Source of the DNA: an uncultured Clostridia bacterium
GTDB taxonomy: Bacteria; Bacillota; Clostridia; Christensenellales; CAG-917
Length of the DNA stretch: 64,000 nt
Reading direction: 5' to 3'
Assembly: GCA_944360115.1 (NCBI GenBank)
Contig: CALVTH010000004.1
Coordinates: 3,330-67,329 of the forward strand
Shown here: positions 17,422 to 27,221 of the stretch, piece after piece
Position numbering within the stretch: position 1 is the stretch's first letter
Layout of the letters: each line of letters opens with the position of its first letter
Position numbers and translations under genes: made by a program
The notes under the pieces: generated by a model
Told to the model about the DNA's origin: nothing
The model's input: only the letters and a program-made list of their open reading frames with translations
Database searches by the model: none

Positions 17422-19326
17422 GTGGACTTCAAGGCGAAACTCAAGGATGTGCCCGAGTTGCCCGGCGTGTATATCATGTCGGACGGGAGCGGCGAAATAA
17501 TCTATGTCGGCAAGGCGAAGAATCTGCGCGCGCGGCTCCGTCAGTATTTCTACGAGTCGGGCAACCGCACCGCAAAGGTTATGGCAATGCTCGAGCATGT
17601 CGCCGATTTCCGTTACATCATCTGTCCGAGCGAGGTGGACGCGCTTCTCACCGAGAACAATCTCATCAAGAAGCACAAGCCCCGCTACAACATTCTGCTC
17701 AAGGACGACAAGGCGTATCCTTTCCTGCGTATAGACCTGCACGAGGATTTTCCGCGCATACAGCTTGTCAGGAAACTGCGCAACGACGGGGCGAAGTATT
17801 TCGGGCCGTATATGCAGTCCGTCAACATACGCGACATATTCGACCTCATACACACGGCGTTCAGGGTGCGGGACTGTTCGCGCGATATGTCCAAACCCTC
17901 GCGCCCCTGTCTCAACCTTCATCTGGGCAGATGTCTTGCGCCGTGCTCGGGCGATGTCACCCGCGAGGAATACGCCGAAGAGATAAAAAAGGTGATTTCT
18001 TTCCTGCGCGGCAACGACAAGGAAGTGGAGAGGGTGCTCACCGAGCGAATGGAGAAATTCGCCGCGGAAGAGAACTTCGAGGTGGCGATAAAATACCGCC
18101 ACAAACTCAAGGTGCTGGACAATCTGGTGCGCAAGCAGGTCAGCGCCCTGCCTCAGGACCTCAACCTCGACATATTCGCGTACGAAACCAACGGCGTGCT
18201 GGGGGCGGTCAATATGCTCGTGGTGCGCGGCGGCAAACTCGTGGGCGGTGACAACAGGGTGTTCGGGGCGGCGGACAACGACCTCGACTCTTTCCTGTAT
18301 CAGCATTACTCGGCGACTTTGCCCGTCGCCGACGAAATAGTCACCGACAATGTCACGGACTCCGACTCGCTGGAGCGCGCGCTTTCGGCGCTGGCGGGCA
18401 GGACGCTGCGAGTGGTCACCCCTCATCAGGGCGTGCGCAGACAACTGCTCGACCTGTCGCACTCCAACGCGCGCGACGCGCTGGAGAAGCACGGCAGCGA
18501 GGAAGAGCGCAAGGCGTTGCGCACGGAAGGCGCCGTCGCGCAGCTTGCGGAATTGCTCGACCTGCCCGTGTTGCCCAACAGAATCGAGGCATACGACATA
18601 TCGCACATCTCGGGCACGGACAAGGTGGCGAGCATGGCGGTGTTCGAGGGCGGCGCGCCGCGCAAGGCGCATTACCGCAAATTCCGCATAAAGACGGTGG
18701 AGGGCAACAACGATTTCGCCTGCATGAAAGAGGCGTTGACGAGACGGCTCAGACGACTGGAGGAGGGAGAGGACGAGAGTTTTGCCACTCCGCCCGACCT
18801 CATACTCATAGACGGCGGCAAAGGACAACTCGCCTACGCGCTGGAAGCGCTCGACGAGTGCGGACGGCGCGACCTCGAGATACTGTCTCTTGCAAAGCGC
18901 GAGGAAGAGGTGTTTCTCGGCTCGCAACCGAAGAAGAGCATAATGCTGCCGCGCGACAGCGTGGCGTTGCAGATGTTGCAGAGGGTGCGCGACGAAGCGC
19001 ACCGCTTCGCAATCACCTATCACCGCAATCTCCGTTCTTCGCACATTTCGGAGTCGGTGTTGCTGGGCATAGACGGCATAGGCAAGAAACGCGCCGCGGC
19101 GTTGCTGCGCGCGTTCGGCTCGGCGGAGAATGTCAAACGGGCGCGGAGAGAGGACATCGCCGCGCTGGAAGGTTTTTCGGAAAAGACGGCGGACGACATT
19201 CTCGCGGCGTTGAACGGCGCCGCGTTGTCGCAGGACGGCGCGGAGGACGGCGGAAACGGCGGGGACACGCCCGAGGCAATGCAAAGCGGCGCGTCGGTCG
19301 GCACGACGCCGACGGAGGAGGAATGA
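17422..19326 (+). CDS. uvrC: excinuclease ABC subunit C
   Basis: GIY-YIG N-terminus (LPELPGVYIMSDGSGEIIYVGKAKNLRARLRQYF), UvrBC-interaction region and C-terminal HhH. The homologous N-terminus begins at VDFKAKLKDVP (GTG 17422). An alternative GTG at 17371 would add an implausible MYFFYIYYFC leader. Confidence 0.92.
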   Translation: MDFKAKLKDVPELPGVYIMSDGSGEIIYVGKAKNLRARLRQYFYESGNRTAKVMAMLEHVADFRYIICPSEVDALLTENNLIKKHKPRYNILLKDDKAYPFLRIDLHEDFPRIQLVRKLRNDGAKYFGPYMQSVNIRDIFDLIHTAFRVRDCSRDMSKPSRPCLNLHLGRCLAPCSGDVTREEYAEEIKKVISFLRGNDKEVERVLTERMEKFAAEENFEVAIKYRHKLKVLDNLVRKQVSALPQDLNLDIFAYETNGVLGAVNMLVVRGGKLVGGDNRVFGAADNDLDSFLYQHYSATLPVADEIVTDNVTDSDSLERALSALAGRTLRVVTPHQGVRRQLLDLSHSNARDALEKHGSEEERKALRTEGAVAQLAELLDLPVLPNRIEAYDISHISGTDKVASMAVFEGGAPRKAHYRKFRIKTVEGNNDFACMKEALTRRLRRLEEGEDESFATPPDLILIDGGKGQLAYALEALDECGRRDLEILSLAKREEEVFLGSQPKKSIMLPRDSVALQMLQRVRDEAHRFAITYHRNLRSSHISESVLLGIDGIGKKRAAALLRAFGSAENVKRARREDIAALEGFSEKTADDILAALNGAALSQDGAEDGGNGGDTPEAMQSGASVGTTPTEEE

Positions 19327-19327
19327 T

Positions 19328-20290
19328 ATGACTACTCAGGTCAAGGGCGTCAAGCCCGTGGAAGTGAAGATAAGCGCGGACAAATTCGCCGCCGACCTCG
19401 GACTGGAGGTGGTATGGGCGCCCGAGGGCGACATCGCTTTCCGTTCGGCGGCGGTCAACCGCCCCGGTATGCTTTTTGCGGGATTCGAGCCGCATTTTCC
19501 CGCCAACAGGGTGCAGGCGCTCGGCAACGCCGAGACGGCGTATCTCGACAGCCTCGACCGCTCGACGCGCGCGCACCAGCTGGACAGACTGTTTTCCAAG
19601 CGCGTGCCGTGCGTGATAGTGTCGCAGGGGCACGCCGTCGACGAGGAAACGAAAGCGATGGCGGAGGCATACGGCGTGGCATTGTTCGTCAGCAAAGCGG
19701 CGACCGCCACCGTGGAGAGCGACTGCGTGCAGTATCTCACTACTGCGCTCGCCGAGACCGCCGTCATTCACGGCGAACTGCTGGACATCAGCGGAATAGG
19801 TGTGTTGCTCATCGGCGAGACGGGCATAGGTAAATCGGAGACGGCGCTGGAACTGGTGCACCGCGGACACATGCTCGTCGCCGACGACCTCGTCGAGGTC
19901 AAGCGCATAAAGAACAAGATTTACGGCTACCCCAACAAGACCACGGCAAACCTGCTGGAAGTCAGGGGAGTGGGGCTCATAGATGTCGAAGCCATGTACG
20001 GCGTGGGCGGCGTGCTCAACCAGAAGAGGATTCACCTCGTCATCGAGATGGAGAAGTGGGACAACAGCAAGAGTTACGACCGTCTCGGCAACGACAATCT
20101 CACCTACGACATACTGGGCGTGAGTTTTCAGCGCATAGTCGTGCCCGTGTCGGCGGGCAGAAACCTCGCCGTCGTCATAGAAGCGGCGAGCCGCAACTTC
20201 CGACTCAAGAGAATGGGCAGGGACGCCCTCGACGAGCTTTCCCTGCGCCTTATGGAAAAGAACAGACCGAGCGAGGAAGAGGACTGGTGA
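19328..20290 (+). CDS. hprK: HPr kinase/phosphorylase
   Basis: P-loop GETGIGKSETALELVHRGHMLVADD and the signature LEVRGVGLIDV. GGAGGAGG RBS. Confidence 0.95.
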   Translation: MTTQVKGVKPVEVKISADKFAADLGLEVVWAPEGDIAFRSAAVNRPGMLFAGFEPHFPANRVQALGNAETAYLDSLDRSTRAHQLDRLFSKRVPCVIVSQGHAVDEETKAMAEAYGVALFVSKAATATVESDCVQYLTTALAETAVIHGELLDISGIGVLLIGETGIGKSETALELVHRGHMLVADDLVEVKRIKNKIYGYPNKTTANLLEVRGVGLIDVEAMYGVGGVLNQKRIHLVIEMEKWDNSKSYDRLGNDNLTYDILGVSFQRIVVPVSAGRNLAVVIEAASRNFRLKRMGRDALDELSLRLMEKNRPSEEEDW

Positions 20291-20291
20291 A

Positions 20292-20360
20292 CCCGAGCGC
20301 CGACGGGCGTGTTCCCGAGCGACGGAGCGGCAGTATCCGAGCGACGGCGGGCGTGTATTA
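20292..20360. repeat. three degenerate tandem copies of a 22-23 nt unit (CCGAGCGaCGGnGGGCGTGTaTT)
   Basis: CCCGAGCG recurs at 20292 and 20314, and CCGAGCG at 20337. The copy tails CGGGCGTGTT and GGGCGTGTATT also match. A weaker fourth copy may follow. Confidence 0.7.
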
Positions 20361-20491
20361 AGGCGACGGGCAGGAGCGGACGATTCCGCAGAACGTCGGC
20401 GCGCCCCGCACGCGAGCGCGGCGCGGAGTCGGACGGAAATCGTGGGAAAGAAAAGCGCGCCCGCGCGGCATAACGCGGCATATTATGTCGT

Positions 20492-21436
20492 GTGGAAAAG
20501 AAAAGGCGCGGACGGTACGACCAAGGAACGGGCGAAGGCACGGCGGAAGCGGCGGCGGCACTGGGAGTGCGGGTCGTGCGCGACGCGGACGGAGCGACGC
20601 TGTCGTCCTATCGGGGCGGCGGCAGGATAGCGCGGATGTATGTGCCCGACACTCCGCAACTGTTTGCCGCATTGTACGCGGCGGCGGTCGGATCGGGCGA
20701 GCAACCCTTCCTGCTCGGCGGCGGGTCAAACACGCTGATCGACGACGGCACGGTCAACCGTCCCGTGATATGGACGCGCGGAATGAGAAAAGTGCGCGCG
20801 GAAGACGACGGCAGGGTGTACGCCGAATGTGGGGCGACCCTGCGCGAAGTGTCGGCGGTCGCGGCGCGAAAAACAATGGGCGGGCTGGAATTCCTTGCGG
20901 GAGTGCCTGCGACGGTGGGCGGCGCGCTTGCGATGAACGCGGGAGCGTTCGGAACGGAAATCGCCGATTATGTGAGTGAAATATGCGTATTAAACCCTGT
21001 TTCGGGTGAGATGCGCTGGATAGACCGCGACGATGTGTCTTTCGGACACCGCATGGGTGTGCGCGGGGCGGTGGCGGCGGCGCGATTCGTTCTGCCGTGT
21101 GTGACGGCGACGGAAAGCGCGGAGAGGAGAGCGTATTTTCTCTCCGAAAGGCGGCGCAGACAGCCTGCCGCACCCTCGCTCGGAAGCGTATTCACGGGCG
21201 AAGCGGGCGCGGCGGGGATATACGCGGACGCCGCGGGGCTCAAGGGAGTGCGCGCGGGCGGAGCGGAGATTTCGCCCGTGCACGCCAATTTCATAGTCAA
21301 TCTCGGCGGGGGCACCGCGAGCGAGTTCCGTTTTCTGGCGCGGCTGGTGCGGGATACCGTGCGCGATTTCTACGGGGTGAACCTGACCGCCGAAGTCGCG
21401 CTGTTGTCGGACGGCGGCACGCTTCTCGGCGATTGA
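20492..21436 (+). CDS. murB: UDP-N-acetylenolpyruvoylglucosamine reductase (start uncertain)
   Basis: FLLGGGSNTLIDDG, GLEFLAGVPATVGGALAMNAGAFG, LGSVF, and PVHANFIVN near the C-terminus. Confidence 0.85.
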   Translation: MEKKRRGRYDQGTGEGTAEAAAALGVRVVRDADGATLSSYRGGGRIARMYVPDTPQLFAALYAAAVGSGEQPFLLGGGSNTLIDDGTVNRPVIWTRGMRKVRAEDDGRVYAECGATLREVSAVAARKTMGGLEFLAGVPATVGGALAMNAGAFGTEIADYVSEICVLNPVSGEMRWIDRDDVSFGHRMGVRGAVAAARFVLPCVTATESAERRAYFLSERRRRQPAAPSLGSVFTGEAGAAGIYADAAGLKGVRAGGAEISPVHANFIVNLGGGTASEFRFLARLVRDTVRDFYGVNLTAEVALLSDGGTLLGD

Positions 21437-21507
21437 CGGGGCTGAACGGCAGCCGATGACGGCAGTGCGGTCGAACGGAAACACAAGGCAGGGGGACTAA
21501 AGAGGAT

Positions 21508-22305
21508 ATGGACATTTTCGCCGATTATCACATCCATACGCACGCCAGCGACGGGCAGGGTACCGTGGGCGATAAGTTCGCCTGCGCGAGCGCCCGCGGT
21601 CTGAAAACCATTGCCGTGACCGACCACGGTCCCGCAAGCATTATCTTTCATCAGAACGAAAGGAAATTCGCCGCCGAGCACGCGGACATTGAAAAGGCAA
21701 ACCGTATGAATTCCGTCAGGGTGTTGCAGAGCATAGAGTGCAACATCCTCGGCGACGACGGCGAACTGGATGTCCCGCTCGGCATAATGAGCCGTTGCGA
21801 CATACTGCATTTCGGTTTTCACAGGCTGATAAGCGCGTCCTATGTCAGGCGCGCGCCCCGCTATTTCCTCGTCAACGGGTGGGGGCTTGCCGCCGCCCGC
21901 AGGGAGGAGGATATGGTGGACTACAACACCCGCGCGGTGATTGCGGCAATGAAACGCTATCCCGTCGATGTGCTTTGCCACCCCTGCCACAGGGCGATTC
22001 TGGATATGCGCAAGGTTTGCGCGGCGGCGGAGGAGCTGGGCGTGCACATCGAACTCAACGAAAAACACATCGACACAATGGAGGAGTGCATTGACACCGT
22101 GCTGGAGTCGGGGGTAAAATTCATACTCGGCTCGGACGCGCACGCCACGCGCGATGTCGGCAGGTTCGACAAGGTGAAATCGTTCATCGCGGCGCACCGC
22201 ATACCGCCCGACAGGATATGCGGGCTGGGCGTCGAACCCGTGTTCCGCGACAAGAGCGCATTGCGGGCGGAAGCCGCGTCCCGCGGCGAAGGAGGAAAGA
22301 AATGA
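21508..22305 (+). CDS. PHP-domain phosphoesterase
   Basis: DYHIHTHASDG N-terminal metal motif, with later GFHR, CHP and GSDAH histidine motifs typical of the PHP fold. Confidence 0.8.
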   Translation: MDIFADYHIHTHASDGQGTVGDKFACASARGLKTIAVTDHGPASIIFHQNERKFAAEHADIEKANRMNSVRVLQSIECNILGDDGELDVPLGIMSRCDILHFGFHRLISASYVRRAPRYFLVNGWGLAAARREEDMVDYNTRAVIAAMKRYPVDVLCHPCHRAILDMRKVCAAAEELGVHIELNEKHIDTMEECIDTVLESGVKFILGSDAHATRDVGRFDKVKSFIAAHRIPPDRICGLGVEPVFRDKSALRAEAASRGEGGKK

Positions 22306-23249
22306 GCGGCACTTTCAAGGAAAAGGCCGTGGGCGAACTGCTCACGGTGTTGCCGTCGGACAGACGCGAAATCGAAGCGTTCGTCGCGGGTGTGGCGCGC
22401 GCCGCGGGGTCGTTGCACCTCAGCAACCGCCACAGGAATCTCGTGTTCACGCTGTCGTCCTACGGCGAATGTCTCGCGCTCGTGGATTTGCTCAAGAAAC
22501 TGTACCCCGCCGAATTCGAGGTGTCGGCGGAGCACATCCGCTCGGGGGTGCGCAAGGGCAGCACGGAATACACCGTCGCCGTCCCCACGGGGTTCACGGC
22601 GCAGGCTCTCGCCGACACGGGAATGTTCGGCGAAGAGGGCAGCGAGCCGTTGCCCGAGAGCGTAATCACCGAACGCGGCGCAGCGGAAGCCTTTCTCAAA
22701 GGACTTTTTCTCGGGTGCGGAAGCGTGTATGTGCCTTCCGCCGCCGAGGGTGAAAAGCGCGACGGATACCACTTCGAATTCGCGCTGGATTCCGAGCCTC
22801 TCGCCGACAGCGTCGCGGCGTTGCTGCGCAGTTTCGGCATAAACGCCAAACTGAGCGAAAGGGGAGCGGCTTCCCTCGTCTACCTCAAGGACAAGGAAGA
22901 GATATTGCGTATGCTCGCCCTGCTCGGGCTTGCCGACTGCGTGCTGTCGCTCAAGTCTCTCATCGACGAGCGAGAGACCGCCAACAGCATAAACAGGGTT
23001 ACGATATGCGAGACAGCCAACCTCGACAAGAGTCTGACGGCGGCAAGCGCCCAGGTGGCGGCGATAACGAAAATCCGCGATACCGTGGGACTGAGCGTTC
23101 TTTCGCCCGCGCTCCGGGCGACCGCGGAGGCGAGGGTGGACAACAAGCTGCTGACTCTTGCGGAGCTTGCCGAAATGCTCGGCGTGACAAAGAGTTGTCT
23201 CAACCACCGTCTGCGCAAAATCAAAGAAATAGCGGACGGATTGCAATAA
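22302..23249 (+). CDS. whiA: DNA-binding protein WhiA
   Basis: MSGTFKEKAVGEL start overlaps the PHP gene stop (ATGA). LAGLIDADG-like middle region and C-terminal HTH LTLAELAEMLGVTKSCLNHRLRKI. Confidence 0.9.
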   Translation: MSGTFKEKAVGELLTVLPSDRREIEAFVAGVARAAGSLHLSNRHRNLVFTLSSYGECLALVDLLKKLYPAEFEVSAEHIRSGVRKGSTEYTVAVPTGFTAQALADTGMFGEEGSEPLPESVITERGAAEAFLKGLFLGCGSVYVPSAAEGEKRDGYHFEFALDSEPLADSVAALLRSFGINAKLSERGAASLVYLKDKEEILRMLALLGLADCVLSLKSLIDERETANSINRVTICETANLDKSLTAASAQVAAITKIRDTVGLSVLSPALRATAEARVDNKLLTLAELAEMLGVTKSCLNHRLRKIKEIADGLQ

Positions 23250-23453
23250 AGAGGGTTGAGCGGACAAACAACGCGCATAAAGCGCCGTTTGCGCGAAACC
23301 GACCGAACACGACCGAACAACGGACGGGTTGCGACAGAGCGTCGAACGGACAGGCGACGCGCATAATGTGGCTTTTGCGAATATCCGACGAAACAGCGGA
23401 CGGAGGGAATCGCGGCGCGGGAGCGTCGCGGAAGTAAACGACGGGAGAAGAAG

Positions 23454-26400
23454 ATGAGCGATTTCGTACATCTGCATCTGCACACCGAATACAGCCTGCT
23501 CGACGGGGCGGTGCGTCTCAAGAGCGAGACGGCGTTCACCGAGACCAACGAGAAAGGGGAGCCCGAGGACAAGACTAAGGCGGGCTATCCTCTTTGCGAG
23601 GCGCTCAAGAAACGCGGAATGACCGCCGCCGCAATCACCGACCACGGCAATCTTTACGGCGTGCACACCTTTGTCGCGGCAATGCGCAAGAACGGACTCA
23701 AGCCCATTATCGGCAGCGAGTTCTATGTCGCCGACGATATGTATGTCAAGACTCCCGAGGTGCTCCACAAGCGCGAACACCTCATTCTGCTCGCCAAGAA
23801 TCAGAAAGGCTACGAAAATCTCATGCGGCTGTCCACCGAGTCCTATGTGGACGGATTTTACATGAAGCCGCGCATCGACCTTAAGTTGCTCGAGAAATAT
23901 TCCGAGGGGCTCATCTGCTGCTCGGCGTGTCTTGCGGGGCACATTCCGTCGGCGCTTCTGCGCGGCGATTACGATGACGCCAGGGCGTACGCGCTCCGTC
24001 TCAAGGGTATGTTCGAGGAGGGCGACTTTTACATCGAACTGCAGGACCACGGTCTCGAAGGGGAGAAGCGCATACTCAATCCGCTGGTCGCGCTCGCGCG
24101 CGACATCGGCGTCAAGGTGGTCGCCACCAACGATGTGCATTACATCGAGCGCGAGGACGCCGACACGCAGGACACCATGATGTGCATCACTCTCCAGTGC
24201 AAAAAGACGGAGAAGGTGGGCGTGCGCTTCGAGAACGACAATTTCTATCTCAAGAGCGGCGAGGAAATGGAAGAGCTGTTTTCGTGGATACCCGAAGCCA
24301 TTGCTTCCACCAAGGAAATCGCCGACAAAATCGACGGGGACTATTTCGTCGTCGAGCACAAGACCACATACATTCCGCGCTACGACACCGAGGATATGAA
24401 CGGCAGGACGGCGCAACAGTACCTGCACGACCTCGCGTGGGAGCGTATTCACACGCGGTATCCCGTCATCACCGACGAAATCAGGACGCGTCTCGACTAC
24501 GAACTCGGGGTTATCGACCAGTGCGGGTTCAACGACTATTTCCTCATCGTGTGGGACTTCGTCAACGCGGCGCGCAAGAAGGGCATACCCGTCGGCCCCG
24601 GCAGGGGAAGCGGCGTGGGAAGCATAGTCGCGTATTCCATAGGCATAACCGATGTCGACCCGCTCCGTTACAGCCTGCTGTTCGAGCGTTTCCTCTCCCG
24701 CGAGAGGGTGTCCAACCCCGACTTCGACATCGACTTCTGTTTCGTGCGCCGTCCCGAGATAATCGAGTATGTCGTGGGCAAGTACGGTGCGCCCAATGTG
24801 TCGCAGATAATAGCCTATTCCACGATGAGCGCGAAGCAGGCGATAAAGGATGTGGGCAGGGTGTACGACATCCCATACACCGAGGTCAACAACTGGGTGA
24901 AGTGCATACCCGGCGGCAAGGTCAAGCTGGACAGATGTCTCACCCGCGGCGCGCAGTTCTATTCCGAGGACTTCGCGCGGCTGTACGCCGAGAATCCGCA
25001 GGCGCGCGCCGTCATCGACACGGCGATAGCCCTCGAGGGTATGCCGAGACAGGCGTCCATGCACGCGGCGGGCGTGGTCATCTGCCGCGACCCCATTGTC
25101 GAGCATGTGCCCCTTTCCAGGAACGGCAACGACATCGTCACGCAGTTCGACAAGGGCATGGTGGAGGCGCAAGGGCTTCTCAAAATGGACTTTCTCGGAC
25201 TCAAGACCCTCACCGACATCAGCGAGGCGCTCAAATACATCAAGGAGGACAGGGGCGTCGACATCGATTTCGACAAACTGGGTTACGAGGACCCCAAGGT
25301 CTACGAAATCATAGCCAGCGGCGACTGCGAAGCCATATTCCAGCTTGAAGGCGGCGGCATAAAGAAGTTCATGATGCAGATGCAGCCCGCTTCCCTCGAG
25401 GATGTCATGGCAGGCATTTCCATGTACCGTCCCGGTCCCATGCAGTTCCTCAACCTCTTTCTTGAGGGCAAGCGCAACCCCGAAGCCGTGCATTACGACC
25501 ACCCGTGGCTCAAGGAAATCCTCGCCACCACTTACGGGTGCATCGTGTATCAGGAGCAGGTCATGCAGATTGCCCAGCGGCTTGCGGGCTATTCCTTCGG
25601 CGGCGCGGACATAATGAGACGCGCTATGGCGAAGAAGAAAGCCGATGTGCTGAGCAAACAGAAGGAGATATTCCTGCACGGCGGGCAGCTCGACGGCGAC
25701 AAGACCAACAAGCAGATTCCCGGCGCGGTTGCGCTCGGCGTGCCCGAGGAAGTGGCGAGCAACCTCTTCGACAAGATACTCGAGTTCGCCAAATACGCGT
25801 TCAACAAGTCGCACGCGGCGGCGTACGCCGTCATTTCGTACAGGACGGCGTATCTCAAGTGCTATTATCCCAACCACTACATCACCGCCGTCATCAACAA
25901 CCGCATAACCAACGCCGACGAGGTCAAGCACTACATCAACTATCTGCGTCGTCGCGGGGTGAAGATACTGCCCCCCGACATCAACCTGTCCAAGACGCAT
26001 TTCTCCATTGACGACGACAATGTGCGTTACGGGCTCATGGGCATCAAGAATGTGGGTGAAAACGCCGTCGAATACATTCTGCGCGAGCGCGAAGCGCACG
26101 GGCCTTTCGCCGACCTGCGCGATTTCATCGAAAGGTGCTCGGAGCAAATCAACAAACGCCTTGTGGCAAGTCTCATCAAGGGCGGCGCGTTCGACTCTTT
26201 CGGCAAGACGCGCGCCACGCTCACGGCGTCCTACGAAAAGATAATGGACGGCGTGGCTTCCGACAAGAAAAAGAGAATGACGGGGCAGATTTCGTTGTTC
26301 GACGAACTCATCGAGGACACCGCCGTCACCTATACCGAACTGCCCGAGTACGACAAGGCGCAGGTGCTGTCGGGCGAAAAAGAGGTGCTCGGGATGTATG

Positions 26401-27077
26401 TCAGCGGACATCCGCTCGCCGATTATCCTTATGCGGCGGACGGCATAACCTTCCACACATCCGAGCTGTTCGCCACGGGCGACTCCGACGAGGAGTCGGG
26501 GCAGGGGGAGGCCGAGGAATCCGCCGAAGAAAGTCATCCCGCGTTCGACCGCACTCTCGACGGCAAGAGGGTGTGCATGGGGTGCGTCGTGGAAGCGTAC
26601 GAACGCAAGACCACGGGCAAACAGCAGGCTTTCGCGGTCGGCAGGCTGGAAGACTGGGACGGGGCAATCGCTTTCACCATGTATCCGCGCGTGTACGAGC
26701 AGTATGCGTCGTTGCTTGCCGCCGACACTCCGCTCAGGGCGTACGGCAGGATCGATCTGCGCGACGAAGCCGAGCCCAAGATCGTGGTCGAGAAGCTCGA
26801 AGTGTGGTCGGGTGCGGATTCGCACGCGACGGGCGCGGCGGGCAGAAACGGCGGCGGAGTGGTGTATGTGCTGGTCGAAAGCGAAGCGCACGCGTCGGCG
26901 GTGACCGCCGTGCTTTCGCTCTATCCCGGCGACACTCTGGTCAGGGCGCAGATTGCCGACAAACACAAACCGTATCTGCGCAATTTCCGTCAGCGCGTCA
27001 CGCCTTGCGAAGAACTTTTCGAGAGATTGCGTAACCTTGTGGGGGACAGAGGCGTTATATACCGTGAAAGGGGTTGA
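23454..27077 (+). CDS. dnaE: DNA polymerase III alpha subunit (DnaE type)
   Basis: N-terminal PHP motif FVHLHLHTEYSLLDGA, polymerase core (PDFDIDF, GRGSGVGS), HhH and OB regions. 1207 aa. Confidence 0.97.
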   Translation: MSDFVHLHLHTEYSLLDGAVRLKSETAFTETNEKGEPEDKTKAGYPLCEALKKRGMTAAAITDHGNLYGVHTFVAAMRKNGLKPIIGSEFYVADDMYVKTPEVLHKREHLILLAKNQKGYENLMRLSTESYVDGFYMKPRIDLKLLEKYSEGLICCSACLAGHIPSALLRGDYDDARAYALRLKGMFEEGDFYIELQDHGLEGEKRILNPLVALARDIGVKVVATNDVHYIEREDADTQDTMMCITLQCKKTEKVGVRFENDNFYLKSGEEMEELFSWIPEAIASTKEIADKIDGDYFVVEHKTTYIPRYDTEDMNGRTAQQYLHDLAWERIHTRYPVITDEIRTRLDYELGVIDQCGFNDYFLIVWDFVNAARKKGIPVGPGRGSGVGSIVAYSIGITDVDPLRYSLLFERFLSRERVSNPDFDIDFCFVRRPEIIEYVVGKYGAPNVSQIIAYSTMSAKQAIKDVGRVYDIPYTEVNNWVKCIPGGKVKLDRCLTRGAQFYSEDFARLYAENPQARAVIDTAIALEGMPRQASMHAAGVVICRDPIVEHVPLSRNGNDIVTQFDKGMVEAQGLLKMDFLGLKTLTDISEALKYIKEDRGVDIDFDKLGYEDPKVYEIIASGDCEAIFQLEGGGIKKFMMQMQPASLEDVMAGISMYRPGPMQFLNLFLEGKRNPEAVHYDHPWLKEILATTYGCIVYQEQVMQIAQRLAGYSFGGADIMRRAMAKKKADVLSKQKEIFLHGGQLDGDKTNKQIPGAVALGVPEEVASNLFDKILEFAKYAFNKSHAAAYAVISYRTAYLKCYYPNHYITAVINNRITNADEVKHYINYLRRRGVKILPPDINLSKTHFSIDDDNVRYGLMGIKNVGENAVEYILREREAHGPFADLRDFIERCSEQINKRLVASLIKGGAFDSFGKTRATLTASYEKIMDGVASDKKKRMTGQISLFDELIEDTAVTYTELPEYDKAQVLSGEKEVLGMYVSGHPLADYPYAADGITFHTSELFATGDSDEESGQGEAEESAEESHPAFDRTLDGKRVCMGCVVEAYERKTTGKQQAFAVGRLEDWDGAIAFTMYPRVYEQYASLLAADTPLRAYGRIDLRDEAEPKIVVEKLEVWSGADSHATGAAGRNGGGVVYVLVESEAHASAVTAVLSLYPGDTLVRAQIADKHKPYLRNFRQRVTPCEELFERLRNLVGDRGVIYRERG

Positions 27078-27128
27078 GCGTATTCCCGCCGTCGCGCGCT
27101 CCGTCGCCGCCCGCGGGAAAATCACCAC

Positions 27129-27158
27129 TTTACAAGTGAACGGTTTTTACACTATAAT
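27129..27158 (+). promoter_or_regulatory. promoter for pfkA (TTTACA, 18 nt, TATAAT)
   Basis: TTTACA at 27129-27134 and TATAAT at 27153-27158. Confidence 0.45.
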
Positions 27159-27221
27159 AACAAATGCGCGGCGGGCGTAAGCCGCCGCAATACCCGCACC
27201 TTGCGGGACGAGAGGTCGGAT

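Noticed and set aside
20292-20360. CRISPR array or minisatellite interpretation of the short repeats here and at 45443-45480
   Set aside because: There are only two to four directly abutting degenerate copies, with no unique spacers, no cas genes and a unit length below CRISPR repeats.
21957-27128. 1723-aa minus-strand ORF, the longest in the window
   Set aside because: It is exactly codon-aligned antisense to part of the PHP-domain gene (from 21957), whiA and dnaE, all of which have unmistakable homology. The translation is Arg/Gly/His/Val-rich low complexity with no recognisable domain or RBS. The open frame is explained by the absence of sense TTA/CTA/TCA codons.
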